DNA of 64,000 nucleotides from sequence record NC_020851.1; one strand, given 5' to 3'. The notes beneath the pieces were generated by a model, which was given only the letters and a program-made list of their open reading frames with translations, made no database searches and was not told where the DNA came from. The position numbers were made by a program, and so were the translations under genes. How positions within the stretch are numbered: position 1 is the first letter of the stretch; each line of letters opens with the position of its first letter. This document shows positions 38,658 through 50,337 of this stretch, in pieces.

Positions 38658-39978
38658 TGATCTTTCTTATTGATTCCAAAATTATCTCTAACCAATTTCA
38701 AAGAAGTATAAGAACTGTTAGGTTCGAAATGATGGCATAATTCCTTTATTATATATGCTCCACTTACTTCACTATCTAATTCATTTTCATCTTCTGATGA
38801 AATTTTTGGAAATTTGCAATCAATTACATCACCGGCACTCAGATTAGTATTGCATGGAATCATCATACTTACAGTTTGAGTTAAAAGTGCATTATATCTC
38901 ATAAGAGATTGTGATTTATATTTTTCTGGATCAGCATTGTTTGCTGTTGAAATTCCTTTATCTAATGTTCCAATATCAAGAATTCCAGATATAATTCTTG
39001 TAGGTATCTCTGCAAGAGAAGTATCAGATCCTTCACCTGTTGTTGGTAATTTAAATTCGTTTGCCCCTAAACTTTCTGTCTTACCTTTATATTTTGATAA
39101 TGTGAATGTATTATTACTAATATTAAAATTTAATGGATTAAAAAACATATTTCGACTTGCATATGCTCCTAATCTTAATTTTTCAATTAAGTTTTGATTT
39201 TTATCGGTAAAATAATTTAAAATTTTAAAGTCATTATTTGTTTCGGTTTCATTTACATTAACTTCTGTATAATAATAAGGTGTATTTTTATTTTTGGTTC
39301 TTGTTTCATTAAACCATCAATAGATTTAAATTTAAATCCATCTTTTGTCTGATAAAAAACAAATCCTGCAGTGGTATCTCCAGAAGACACCGGAACTGCT
39401 TTTGATGCTAACCAAATTAAAGTAGTAAAAGGTTTTTTTAGATTTCCAATAAATGAATATGGATTTTGTGATTTTTCTATATCATCACTATCAAATTTTG
39501 TGGTTTGTAAAACATCTTTTAAAATTTTTGATACTGACTGGTCAATTGTTCCTGTATATTTTCTCGCAACTCTTGTAGTTTCATTTGTGATTGCCTCTCT
39601 TGAAACTAGATTAAGTAGAAAACTTTCTGTCTGAGATTCAGAAATTACATCAGTAATACTAGAAACAAAAAGATACTTACTTGAATTTGATGCAAAATCA
39701 AGACCTTTCTTTCCATCACCTCTGTCCAAAACTTTCATACGAACTCTTTCACCACCCCTTAAAGGAAGACCATTATATATCGATTGTAATTTACCACTTT
39801 TCTCACCTTCTATTGAATCCCCAGTATTAATCACTCTTATTTTAGCAGTGATTGCTGGAGAAAAAATATCCTCATAATAATCAATCGAAACAGCACCTAA
39901 CTTTAGATCAACAGTTTTCTGTTTATCATTAGATTCTAATATTAGTATTTCGTATAGTGAAGATCCGGATGCTGACAT
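38654..39978 (-). CDS. Baseplate hub protein (gp27-like), frameshifted in homopolymers
   Basis: YYEDIFSP N-terminus, FVFYQTKDGFKFKSID, and C-terminal AGDVI...SGAYIIKELCHHF; split into ORFs 39253-39978 and 38654-39148. Confidence 0.65.
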
Positions 39979-41620
39979 TTAAGTATATGCTAAATCTGTT
40001 AGAAATTTTCTTTTCATAATACTATTTAACGAGGCACCCATAACAATAACTGGAGAGGATCCTCCAGATTGTCCCATCATCATTGGTGGTGGTGCTTCTT
40101 CTTCTATAATTATGATTGTATTTTGTGGTCCTGTTGAATATCCAATATCAGGCATTACTCCCGGAGATCGAGAGACTGCACTTGATCCATGTCCTAATCC
40201 TGCACCACCAAATCCAGCATTTGTTAATACTTGCCTTACTCTTGCAGAACCATTATATTCTCGTTGTCCGATTGCACCACTACCACCCCATTGTGCTCCA
40301 GGAACATCAATTGCCAAGTTTGCTCCGTGCCATCCAGGATCTCCCGGTCTATATTCACTACCTACTTGTATTCCTGCCGCACGTAATGCTGCCTTTGCTC
40401 TTTCTTTATCTTGGAGAGTTTTAAATGCAATGTGCTCATGATAATTTGATTCTCTTCCATGACCATTATATTCAAAGTTTGGGTGCCTTCTATCTCCTGT
40501 AATATATTCTACAACATTTCCTCCTCCACCACCATATTTTCCACCACTACCACCCATTTCTCCAGAAAGGTTTGCTTTCTTTAACCATTGTCTTTGATTT
40601 ACATCTCTAGTATTTCTAAGTCCTTCACTGGGTCTTTCATAATTTCTCATAAACCAGTTTGCAGCATCACCACCAGAAGAAAAATTCTTCCCCATATATT
40701 CTGGACCTCTGTCTGTTTGTAGAGCATGATCTATTTGACCTTTCCAATTAGTTTTCCAATTTGGAACTGCCCTCTGCAAAGCTATGCCACGTTCAGCTTT
40801 CATTTGAAATAATCCACCAGAACCACCATCATCTCCCGATGCAACTCCAGGTCTAAATCCAGATTCAAATTTGATATTAGCAACAATTCCTTCTGCTTTA
40901 TTTTCTGTCATTCCTTCTTTAGTCATTAAATAATCATACATCTGTTTTGCTATAGCAGATTCTCCTCCAGATATTGGACCACTCTCTCCCGTTACTTCAC
41001 CAGAAGTTTCTCCACTTATATCTCCAGTTATCGCTTTTTGGGCATTATCAAAATCATTTGACATTCCTATAAATGCTTTCTCCAAATCATCCATTGACTT
41101 TTTAATCTTTCCAGATTGATCTGTAAAATCAAAACTTTTTATATTTTCAAATCGTGCAACAATATTATCTTTTAATGCCGTAAACCAACTTCCAAGATTT
41201 TTAACAAAACTTTTTAAACTATCAATAAGAAGATTTATTCTTTTAATTAAATCTTGAACAAACTTTATAATTTTTGGAAGATTATTAAATAACCACCCAA
41301 GAAATAAAGTTCCAATAAAATCTAAAATTTTCTCAAAAAAACTTTTACCCGGAATTGATCCAAGTCTAGGTTTTTTATACTAAAAGTTTCTATAGTTTTT
41401 CTTTTTGTCTTCTCTTATTTCTCTCCATAAGTTTTTTATTAAAACTTTTACTTCTTGCAATATTTTCTCTTTTTACCTTAGATTTTTTAAGAACTGCTCT
41501 ACGAAGCATTCCTCCACTTCTACCAACTCCCCTTGCTCCACCAGAAAGAACTGAACCAGCACCTTTGGCAAACATTGAACCTATTCTAAGTGCTCCTGCC
41601 GCGATTGCTCCTACTGCCAT
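39979..41620 (-). CDS. Tail-associated protein with phage-tail-lysozyme and M15-like peptidase domains (frameshifted)
   Basis: GIVANIKFESG...GLFQ (tail lysozyme) and WHGANLAID...HEHIAF-type His/Asp motifs; N-terminal part is 41390-41620. Confidence 0.6.
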
Positions 41621-41621
41621 C

Positions 41622-43506
41622 TTAACCTACCACATTATAGAGAAGTTGAGAATACATCGTATAGAAATTGCTTGGATCTGCCGAAGCAATTAATGGGACA
41701 TCAGTCGCAGATCCACTCTTAAGTGATTGCCCCTGCATTTGTCCTCCAGAACCTCCAACTTTCTTATAAATTACGGTTGTATTTCCACCACCAGATACTG
41801 GTCCTGGTGCTGACATTGATGGAGAAGATGGAGAAGAAACTTGTGCAGCAGACATTGCTCCTGCAGGCATTTCTCCTGGTACTGGTGTTGTCACTGGTGT
41901 TGGTGTTGTAGCTGCCGGTGATACTTTTGCTTTTGGTTGCTCTGGCTTTTTACCAAGAACCATATTTAATATATCTCCAAGATTTGGAAGTTTTGATGTT
42001 ATACCCTCGGCACTTTTAACAAATTTTCCTAATCCAAGATTTCCTAATAATTTTTCTTCATTTTCTTTAATTCCGGGCATAAAATCCCTAGCAAGTAAAA
42101 ATGCATCAAGTGCAGTAGATAATGGCCATAATCCACCAATATCTAGCAAACCAGATATCGCTTCTAGTCCTCCACCAATCAGATCTCCATTTGCCATCCT
42201 ATCATAGGCAAACATAAAGTTTACAAGTCCACCTATAAAGGGAAGAGCTTTTGATCCTAGTATTCCACCAGCTTTTCCTACACTTTTTGCATTTTTAACA
42301 GAATTTATACCTTGAGCTTTTAAAAATTTATTAAGTCCGGGTATTTTACTCGCAATTCCTACAATTTGATTTCCTAATGCTTTTGCTCCTCCTAAAAGTG
42401 GTTTTATTAAAGGATCCGTAACTTTTTTCAATCCTCCTATTACAAAATCTTTTGTTTTACCTGCAAAATTCTTCAATCCACCAAACATTTCCCCAAGTTT
42501 AAATGCAAGTCCTTTTGGTTTTGGAGCAGACATGCGAGGAAGTCCTGGTATTTGCTTAGAACCTCTCATACCACCTTGAAAAAGATTATTAAATCTTTTT
42601 ACTCCTGCGGGAAGTTTATCATAAAGTTTTGATGCCATACCTCCAGTTCTAGCAGCATTAACTGTTGTTTTAATCTTTGTCTTTCCTAAAGATTCTGCAG
42701 CTTGCTGAGAAATTGAAGAACCTGCAGCACCTACGGCACGAGCTCCTCCTCCTCCTATGTTAGCATTTGGGACATTTGCCTTTGGAATTTTAGGATTAAA
42801 AATTCTTCCAAGTGATCTTCTCCATAAAAATCCACCAATCTTAAGAGCTAATGCACCAATAAGACCTCCAATTATTGCAAAACCACCATTCAATAATAAA
42901 AATATTCCACCAACAGTTATAAGAGTTTTTCCAACTTCTTCTGCTATTGATTCTAATTTACCAATATTACCTTCTGCATTTGCTCTTATTGCCTCTAATC
43001 CTTGATTTGTTAACCACCCTCCAAGGAGAGTCATAAAAACTTCTACCAGGTTCCCAAGAACTCCTCCTGCTTTTTTCCTACTGCTTTTACTGGAGAAATT
43101 AGTCCTTTGGTTATTTTTTCTCTAATTTTTTCTCTTCACCACTTCTAAGTTTCTTTTCTTCTACTTTTCCTACATCTTTTTCATATTGTTTCTGTGCCTT
43201 TCTCTCAAGGTCTGCTTCCTTATTTAATGCCTTTGCCAGAAAAGAAACATCATTTTCTAATATAGAAACTCTTTTAGATAAACTTGATGTATCAACATTA
43301 GAAGTGATCGCAGATGGTGTTGTTTTTACAAGTGCTCCCGATTTCTTAAAAACATTTGCAGAACTTACATTTCTTTTGAATATTAATTTTCTTTCTCCAG
43401 CAGATAAGTACTCTCCCGTATAAGGATTTGTCCCAGTATTAGCAATCTTATTAGGAGAAATATTACCTCTCCTCATATTTAATTGTGGTGTGTTATTAAT
43501 TGCCAC
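41622..43506 (-). CDS. gp29-like tape-measure/hub protein (frameshifted)
   Basis: Helical Gly/Ala/Lys-rich with KALPFIGGLV repeats; N-terminal part is 43111-43506. Confidence 0.55.
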
Positions 43507-43675
43507 TGTTTTGCTGCTGTTTTAATTTTTCTTCTTCAATATATTGCTCTAATAAAGTGAGGTAGATGTCCTTCTCCCAGGGTATCATATTTTCTAACTC
43601 TGTTAAGCTATATTTATGATGCTGCATCAGGGCAAATGTTATTTGGTAGTATGACGCAAGATCAGTGTGCGCCAT
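43496..43675 (-). CDS. gp51: Baseplate hub assembly catalyst gp51
   Basis: Manual translation MAHTDLASYYQITFALMQHHKYSLTELENMIPWEKDIYLTLLEQYIEEE... Confidence 0.85.
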   Translation of the reverse strand: MAHTDLASYYQITFALMQHHKYSLTELENMIPWEKDIYLTLLEQYIEEEKLKQQQNSGN

Positions 43676-43677
43676 AC

Positions 43678-44397
43678 CTATGCGAAAAAACTGGATAGAC
43701 CTTCCAATACAACATCACTTTCGACCCCAGTATTTGGATTTTTTAGTTTTACAGTATGTGAAAGTTTTGGCATTGTCTCAAAGAAATTCTCAACTTCTTT
43801 AAATTGTTTGGAACTCAATTGCTCAATAAAATCAAGCATTTCCTTCTTACTACAATCAGAAGAATTCCATGACTCTTCCTCATTATAAATTTGCTCTACA
43901 GAAGAAGCAATTAGTTGGAATGATTCATCGACACCAAACTTACCATCAAAACTAAAATTGGATTTAATGAACTCATCTAGAGAAGGATACTTCATTCTCA
44001 TAGTTAGATTTTCATCTAATACAATATCTCTCGAATGATTTTTATCAGATTGAACCTTGATATCATCGAGATTGATAACTACAGAAACTTGAGTCTCTTC
44101 ATCATCAGGACAAGTCAGTAATACTTCAACATCTTCTCCGACAGATTTGCCTCTGATATTTAAGAAAAGAAATTCAATATCAAAAGTAGATAATTGTTCT
44201 ACTTTAATACCTCTAGAAAGAATGCAGTTACCGATTACAGTTTTGATAGCAGTCGTAATTTGTTTCTGATCTTCAGATTCCATCGCAATAATTAGAATCT
44301 TTTCTTCCTTAACTAAAAATGGTCTGTATCTAATTTTCTTTTTAGTCGAAGGCAATTCCAACTCATATATTGGAGTATTAATTTTAGGTAAAGGCAT
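43678..44397 (-). CDS. gp26: Baseplate hub subunit gp26
   Basis: MPLPKINTPIYELELPS...YRPFLVKEEKILIIA...LNIRGKSVGE. Confidence 0.9.
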   Translation of the reverse strand: MPLPKINTPIYELELPSTKKKIRYRPFLVKEEKILIIAMESEDQKQITTAIKTVIGNCILSRGIKVEQLSTFDIEFLFLNIRGKSVGEDVEVLLTCPDDEETQVSVVINLDDIKVQSDKNHSRDIVLDENLTMRMKYPSLDEFIKSNFSFDGKFGVDESFQLIASSVEQIYNEEESWNSSDCSKKEMLDFIEQLSSKQFKEVENFFETMPKLSHTVKLKNPNTGVESDVVLEGLSSFFA

Positions 44398-44438
44398 AAA
44401 AACCCATTATAATTTCAGTTGTAATTATTTAGAACGGA

Positions 44439-45161
44439 TTAAGCAAGATTATTATTTGGAAGAACTACTCCACTTATTTGTCGTCCTTCAAGTGGAATTA
44501 CTTCAATAGGAACAGGTTCAGTTTTCACAGATCCTCGATTATTACTAGTTCCACTTTTTACACTCTTCGATGTTGTCTTACCAGCAATATAACGTTCATA
44601 TTCGAATGAAGCACTGACTTTTAATATATCAGAAGTTCCATAAGAAACTGGAATAGATGTTAAATTTTTTGGAAATAATCCTATAAATGTATATTCTAAT
44701 TCTTTAGCACCATTTCTATCAAATTTTGTAATTTTTGTTTTATCGCATTTATATTCATCCGGAAATCTCATTCTATAATAATATGTTTTTTCAGTTTGGT
44801 TAACTTCCGAACCATCTGTAATAAATTCCATCCAGTGCTCTAGAAATTTAATCATTCTATAATCAGAATCAACATAAAACTCTAATTGCATTTCAGTAAA
44901 AATTCGGGTATGTGCCATCTTCTCTTGCAATCCCATAAAGTTTCCATTGATGTCCGCAGTTGCTAATGAACTGCCGGGAATGGAAGCAGAAGAACATAAT
45001 AAACCAGAACTTTCTGTGATAAATCTTGTATCCACTCCTCTCGAATTTAAGTGTGAACTTAATGGACCATTCAATCCACCAAACATGACCTGATAATGAG
45101 ATGTCTGTGCAAGATTAGTAATTAAGGGTTTAAATTCTGATATCTTTTTAATTCTCGGCAC
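44439..45161 (-). CDS. Tail-tube-fold baseplate protein (gp54/gp19-like)
   Basis: CSSASIPG...FYVD...FLEHW...LFPKNL...VSASFEY. Confidence 0.65.
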   Translation of the reverse strand: MPRIKKISEFKPLITNLAQTSHYQVMFGGLNGPLSSHLNSRGVDTRFITESSGLLCSSASIPGSSLATADINGNFMGLQEKMAHTRIFTEMQLEFYVDSDYRMIKFLEHWMEFITDGSEVNQTEKTYYYRMRFPDEYKCDKTKITKFDRNGAKELEYTFIGLFPKNLTSIPVSYGTSDILKVSASFEYERYIAGKTTSKSVKSGTSNNRGSVKTEPVPIEVIPLEGRQISGVVLPNNNLA

Positions 45162-45201
45162 TCTAAATACCTATACGACTACTTTATTATTAGTTATTTA
45201 G

Positions 45202-45540
45202 ATGTCATATAAGGGAATCTTCCACACCGATAAACTTTCTGAAGTTTTGAACATTCCTTCTCTTGGAGATGTTTATATTGATACCTCTAAAGATGAGGAG
45301 GTAAAAAGTTATGGAATGATTCACAATCGACCTCACACTGAATCGGCAAAGCAAAAAATGCGTGAAACTCGTAAACCTGGTTTACATAAGGGAGGAAATA
45401 TCATAGCACCAAACGGTAAAATTGTCAAGTTCAACTGTCTTAGTGATTTTTGTAAGGAACACGGATTATCAGTAGGGCACGTATCAGAAATGATGAACGG
45501 CAAAGTCAGAAAATCTGTGAAAGGGTGGACTCGTGGCTAA
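45202..45540 (+). mobile_element. Homing-endonuclease-derived NUMOD3/NUMOD1 ORF inserted at the gp4 start
   Basis: Begins MSYKG (the usual gp4 N-terminus), then HTESAKQKMRE (NUMOD3) and FNCLSDFCKEHGL..GHVSEMMNGK..SVKGW (NUMOD1-like); no nuclease motif. Confidence 0.7.
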
Positions 45541-45977
45541 GCATTTTAATAAAAGTAAATACAAACCCGAATACCCAAAAAATATAAAGGTGACCCAAAT
45601 AATATAATATGTCGTTCTAGTTGGGAGCGTGTATTCTGCCGTTACTGTGACCGCAACCGGAATATTTTAGAATGGGGAAGTGAAGAAGTTATTGTTCCCT
45701 ATCGTTCACCCATTGATAACAGATACCACAGATACTTTCCAGACTTTTATATTAAGGTCAAAGAATCAAATGGTATGATTAAAAAATGATTATTGAAATC
45801 AAACCATTTAAACAGTGTATCGAACCTAAAGTCAAACAAAGAAAGACAAAAGGTTATATCTATGAAGTCGTTGAGTATGCTAAAAATCAGGCAAAATGGA
45901 ATGCCGCCAAAGAATGGTGTTTAGATCATGGTTATGAGTTTAAGGTCCTTACAGAAAACGAACTCGGTATTAAGTAA
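45533..45977 (+). CDS. gp4: Head completion nuclease gp4 (GTG start, two homopolymer frameshifts)
   Basis: Reconstructed KYKPEYPKKYKGDPNNIICRSSWER...EWGSEE...HRYFPDF...IEIKP...NQAKW. Confidence 0.85.
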
Positions 45978-46378
45978 TGCCAAGAAAGACACTCCAACAA
46001 AGAAGAAATCCAACAGAAGATAATGATAATCGTGTGCGTGGTGTTGTTGATAATTTAATTGGTATAGAAACTGCTGATGATATTATGACTGAATTAATCA
46101 GTGTTTTATCCGAAGGTGGTAAAGTTCCTTCTAGTGGAAAATATTATACCTTCTTTTATAATGCTAAGACACCAGGAATGCAGTATGATCAACACCCTCT
46201 TGTAGGTGTTACCGAAGTATTCTCATGGGGGTTTCGTGGAATTAATTTCCACTGGAATACACAGAATAGTAGAAGGCAATATGATTACAATCAAATCATT
46301 GGTGGACTCTACGAAATCTATCCAGAAGAGATGTCTGATGTGATAGAACTCGGTTTTGCTAAAGTTCGTTCTAAATAG
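45977..46378 (+). CDS. DNA end protector gp2-like protein
   Basis: FFY...YDQHPLV...GFRGINFH resembles the gp2 core. Confidence 0.5.
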   Translation: MPRKTLQQRRNPTEDNDNRVRGVVDNLIGIETADDIMTELISVLSEGGKVPSSGKYYTFFYNAKTPGMQYDQHPLVGVTEVFSWGFRGINFHWNTQNSRRQYDYNQIIGGLYEIYPEEMSDVIELGFAKVRSK

Positions 46379-46396
46379 TTGTAAAAAGAAAGATAG

Positions 46397-47496
46397 ATGG
46401 CACCATTACCTGCAGATTATAAACAAACAGAAGAAAAATCCTTTAAAGGAACTGAATCTGGTAGAAATGTTCTTGAGAGTAATGCAAAATATACAACAAC
46501 AGCAGATCAAGGGTCAAACCCTGCTTCTAAACCTACTGTACCTGGAATTAATACACAAAAAATAAGAAAATCATCTAAATTTGGTCCACTTAGATATCCG
46601 AATAAAGAAATACATAAAAACACAGATTATTTGCAAATAGATGTTTTACAATATAAACCATTGGGTCTAGACCTTACAAAAAAAGAGATAATACGATAAA
46701 ATCATTAAAAACATCTAAAGGAAATTATAATAAAAAAGAAGACATACTAGGTTCAATACTTTTACCAATACCACAAAATATTTCATCAACAAATTCTACG
46801 GGTTGGGGTGAAGATAGTATAAATCCATTTGCAGCATATGGTCTTGGACTTGCAAGTAATGTAATGAATTCTGGACCATCACTTGGAGATTTTTTCAAAG
46901 GTCTTCTTTCTGCAGGGTCAGACATAGCAGGTGCTGGAAAATCTCTTGTACAAAGTGGTGAAGCACAGCAATTATCTAATGCATTTTTTGCTTCGAAGGC
47001 AGTAAATCTTTTGGGAGGAAATACTAGTTTTGAAGGAGTTTTAGCAAGATCAACAGGTCAAATCTTAAATCCAAATACAGAACTATTATTTAATGGTGTA
47101 AAATTAAGAAGTTTTAATTTTTCTTTTAATCTTGCTCCGAGAAATGGTGATGAAGCAGAAATGGTGAAAAATATTATTAGAACTTTAAAAATAAGTATGT
47201 CACCATCAACAACAATTGAAAATGGAAGTGCAACTGGTATATTTCTCCAGTCTCCAAATGTATTTCGATTAAAGTACAAAACCGGAAGCAATAATCACCA
47301 ATTCTTAAATAGTTTTGTTATTGCGGCACTTACAAATGTTCAGGTCAATTATACAGGTTCAGGAACTTATATGACATATGATGACGGATCTAAAACACCG
47401 GTTCATATGGTGATGCAATTATCATTCCAAGAACTAAGTCCAGTTTATGCAGAAGATTATGATAACGAAAGTGGTAAAATAGGAGTAGGATACTAA
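46397..47496 (+). CDS. gp48: Baseplate tail-tube cap gp48 (one frameshift)
   Basis: LRYP...LPIPQNI...NPNTELLFNGVKLRSFNFSF...P.VF...LSFQEL. Confidence 0.85.
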
Positions 47497-47497
47497 A

Positions 47498-48163
47498 ATG
47501 GGTTATTTCAGAGAACTACCAGATGTAGAATATCAGTCATTTTTGTCTGATGCAATTTCATCACAAGATTACCTAAAAGTCAAAAACTTATTCAGAAGAA
47601 ATAAGGTACGTGATGACTTACAAAATGTTTTTACACTCTTCAATAAGTATGAAATCGTAGAGGGTGCCAGACCTGATACAGTTGCCGAAGAGTTTTATGG
47701 TAAGGCAGATTTAGATTGGGTAGTCTTAATGACTGCCGGTATTATTAATGTAAGAGATGAATGGCCTTTATCTAATTACCAATTATATAAGTATGCAGAA
47801 AATAAGTATAGTGTAGAGAACTTATCTGATATTAATTATTATGAAACAAAAGAAGTCAAAGACTCAAATGGTAGATTAATTCTTCCGGCAGGTAAAGATG
47901 TCAATGAAGACTTTACTTTAAATTATAGTGATAATGGTATTAAAGTTTCTGTATCTGGTATTTCAGTAAGAAGAGGAGTATCAAACTGGGAATACGAAAC
48001 AATTAAGAACAATAAAAAATCCTCGATTTATTTACTAAAACAAGGATATTTACAACAATTTTTAAATGATATGAGAGAGATTATGACTTATGGTTTATCC
48101 TCAGAATATGTGAACGAATCACTAATTAGAACTGAGAATACCAAAGTCACAACCTCATACTAA
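47498..48163 (+). CDS. gp53: Baseplate wedge gp53
   Basis: YFRELPD...GARPDTVA...DWVVL...DEWP...WEYE...N.KK. Confidence 0.9.
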   Translation: MGYFRELPDVEYQSFLSDAISSQDYLKVKNLFRRNKVRDDLQNVFTLFNKYEIVEGARPDTVAEEFYGKADLDWVVLMTAGIINVRDEWPLSNYQLYKYAENKYSVENLSDINYYETKEVKDSNGRLILPAGKDVNEDFTLNYSDNGIKVSVSGISVRRGVSNWEYETIKNNKKSSIYLLKQGYLQQFLNDMREIMTYGLSSEYVNESLIRTENTKVTTSY

Positions 48164-48164
48164 C

Positions 48165-49088
48165 TCAGTCTGCTGCGAGTGCGGCAAAGTATGAGAGTGT
48201 ATCATCGTCATCATCATTCTTGGTAGGAGATAAACTATCAAGTTCTTCCTTCATTGATTGAGGAACTGAAGGTGCTGATTCTCCACGATTCTGTTGACGG
48301 AACTCTTCTTCTTCCTGAACTGATTCTTGATCTTGGAACTTAGTTGTTCCTTTGATACCAAGAACATAATCAAGACGCTTCTTCAGTTCATCATAGGACT
48401 TGAATTGGTCTGGAGCAACAAACTCTTCGAGAGAATACTCTTTCTTCCAGATTGCTTCCATTGCTTCATCATCTTCCAGAAGTGCATCCTGACGGGCAAA
48501 CTCCGAAGAATCATAGTTACGATAACCGGCAACATTCTTTGCCTTCAGTTTGAAGTTAGCACCCTGCCAGAAGTCAAATGGATCAATTGCTTCCTCGTCC
48601 TCAAACTCAGGTTGCATTGCGGCAGTAATCTTATCAAAGATTTTCTTACCGAATTTGTAAAGCATTACCTGACCTTCATTGGAAGGATTAGCAGGATCTT
48701 TTACAACATAGATGTTTGCAACATAAGTCAGTTTACGTTTCTGCTTACGTGCTTGGTCTTTACCACTATCAGTGCCGTTATTCCACAGCATCGTGTTGTA
48801 TTCTGACATTGGGTCTTTCTGACTCAGAGTCGTCAGAGAGTTCTCAATATACCATCCACCAGGACCTTGGAAGGCATGAGAATAGAGTTTGACGAATGGA
48901 AGGTCTTCACCTTCAGGAGCAGGAAGGAAACGAATAACGGCATAACCATTACCGCCTTTATCACATTCTAGTTTCCAGAGACGTTCATCACCTGAACTAC
49001 CTGCATTATTCATTTTTTCGACTTCTTTGACTAGTTTTTGTGTCAAAGAACCCAGTTTGGATTGCTTTTTAAGATCAGCAAAAGACAT
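48165..49088 (-). CDS. gp32: ssDNA-binding protein gp32
   Basis: MSFADLKK...GNGYAVIRFLP...HAFQGPGGWYIEN...FGKKIFDK...GANFKLK; acidic tail. Confidence 0.95.
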   Translation of the reverse strand: MSFADLKKQSKLGSLTQKLVKEVEKMNNAGSSGDERLWKLECDKGGNGYAVIRFLPAPEGEDLPFVKLYSHAFQGPGGWYIENSLTTLSQKDPMSEYNTMLWNNGTDSGKDQARKQKRKLTYVANIYVVKDPANPSNEGQVMLYKFGKKIFDKITAAMQPEFEDEEAIDPFDFWQGANFKLKAKNVAGYRNYDSSEFARQDALLEDDEAMEAIWKKEYSLEEFVAPDQFKSYDELKKRLDYVLGIKGTTKFQDQESVQEEEEFRQQNRGESAPSVPQSMKEELDSLSPTKNDDDDDTLSYFAALAAD

Positions 49089-49158
49089 TTAGATTACCTT
49101 AGATTAGTTTGGATGTTTTAGATTTACTTAGATATTATAACAAATAGTGACTTAATTG

Positions 49159-49491
49159 TCAATCTTCGATATAATCTTTAAGAGATTTGATTGTAGCATT
49201 CATACTACTGAATAAAGTCAGCATATCAGTCTCTGGAGGAAACCCCATTGATGAAACTGATTTGCGTAAATTATCTCTCATCTCAATGGCCTTTGGGTCA
49301 TCAGAAAGAGATAATCTTGTATACATCACTTGCTGTTTTTCAAGCAAGTTTGTAAGTATTTCAACGTGCTCAAGTTTTTGTTCACGGGACATATTACCGA
49401 AAGTAATAAAACTCTCGTAGATTTTTTCTTGCATTTCATTGATTTCACTCAGTTCTTCCTGAATGATTTCAGAATCAAAAAAGTCACTCAT
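49159..49491 (-). CDS. Conserved cyanophage hypothetical protein
   Basis: FFDSEI...YTRLSLSDDP.A. Confidence 0.7.
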   Translation of the reverse strand: MSDFFDSEIIQEELSEINEMQEKIYESFITFGNMSREQKLEHVEILTNLLEKQQVMYTRLSLSDDPKAIEMRDNLRKSVSSMGFPPETDMLTLFSSMNATIKSLKDYIED

Positions 49492-50080
49492 CTACAAGGT
49501 CCCGCAAAATCTTTTTGAATTTGAACACATCAATATTTAGAAAGGGAGAGTACTTCTGTAGTTTTAAACTTACGGTTTCCCATACAGGATCTTTCAGTTT
49601 CTTATCAAACTTCTTTCTGAATGAGAATATTCTATCATAAATTACGAAAGTTTCAAGACTTATGTCTCCACCAAGAAATCTTTTTAAGATTGTTGGATGA
49701 CCTTTCGAACAACTGAATAGAGTCTCTAATTCGTTGTTCGAGAGTAATTCGTTGCTTTGTTCTTTGAACAAGTAAGTCAAACTCTGTTGTCTCTTTGTCC
49801 AATCTTGGTAGGTTCTTTCTCCAGAACTGATAATTTCTCCAATCCATAAGTTTTGTGGGTTGTCTGCGTATGCGAAATTAGATACAAGAAATTTTACAAC
49901 TTCTTCATCATTATATTTACGACTGGTTTTCTCGAACCAATACTTATCTCTTCTTTTATTGAATGAAGAGACACTCGCACGGGTCTTCGCACCATATCGG
50001 AAGAAGTCGTATTTTGGGTTTGTAAAATGATTTTTGAGTGACAAATAATGTTGGTAGGTATCAAATGGGGACACTTTCAT
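49484..50080 (-). CDS. gp59: Helicase loader gp59
   Basis: YLSLKNHF...YDFFRY...FNKRRDKYWFEK...ISLET. Confidence 0.9.
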   Translation of the reverse strand: MKVSPFDTYQHYLSLKNHFTNPKYDFFRYGAKTRASVSSFNKRRDKYWFEKTSRKYNDEEVVKFLVSNFAYADNPQNLWIGEIISSGERTYQDWTKRQQSLTYLFKEQSNELLSNNELETLFSCSKGHPTILKRFLGGDISLETFVIYDRIFSFRKKFDKKLKDPVWETVSLKLQKYSPFLNIDVFKFKKILRDLVDE

Positions 50081-50337
50081 AAAGGCAGTTTTGCTTTCGA
50101 AGTTGCTTTCATAAAATTAAGTCTCGTAGCATCCCACTTCAGTTTTTCTTTCAGTGGTTTTGATACAAGTTTCGTGACCGATTCTACATCAAGTTCATTA
50201 AGTTCACAATAGTGACAAATAGCATCGATATAGTTTATTTTCTCTTCTGCAACAATCTTTTCAATTTCAAGTGCAAACCTAGATGGTGTTAGAAATTTAC
50301 TTGCAATTGCTTTTTCTAGTTCCTTATTCGGTTCCAT
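50077..50337 (-). CDS. gp33: Late transcription coactivator gp33
   Basis: FALEIEKIV...YIDAI..YCE...LKEKLKWDA..LNF; start MEPNKEL. Confidence 0.85.
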   Translation of the reverse strand: MEPNKELEKAIASKFLTPSRFALEIEKIVAEEKINYIDAICHYCELNELDVESVTKLVSKPLKEKLKWDATRLNFMKATSKAKLPL

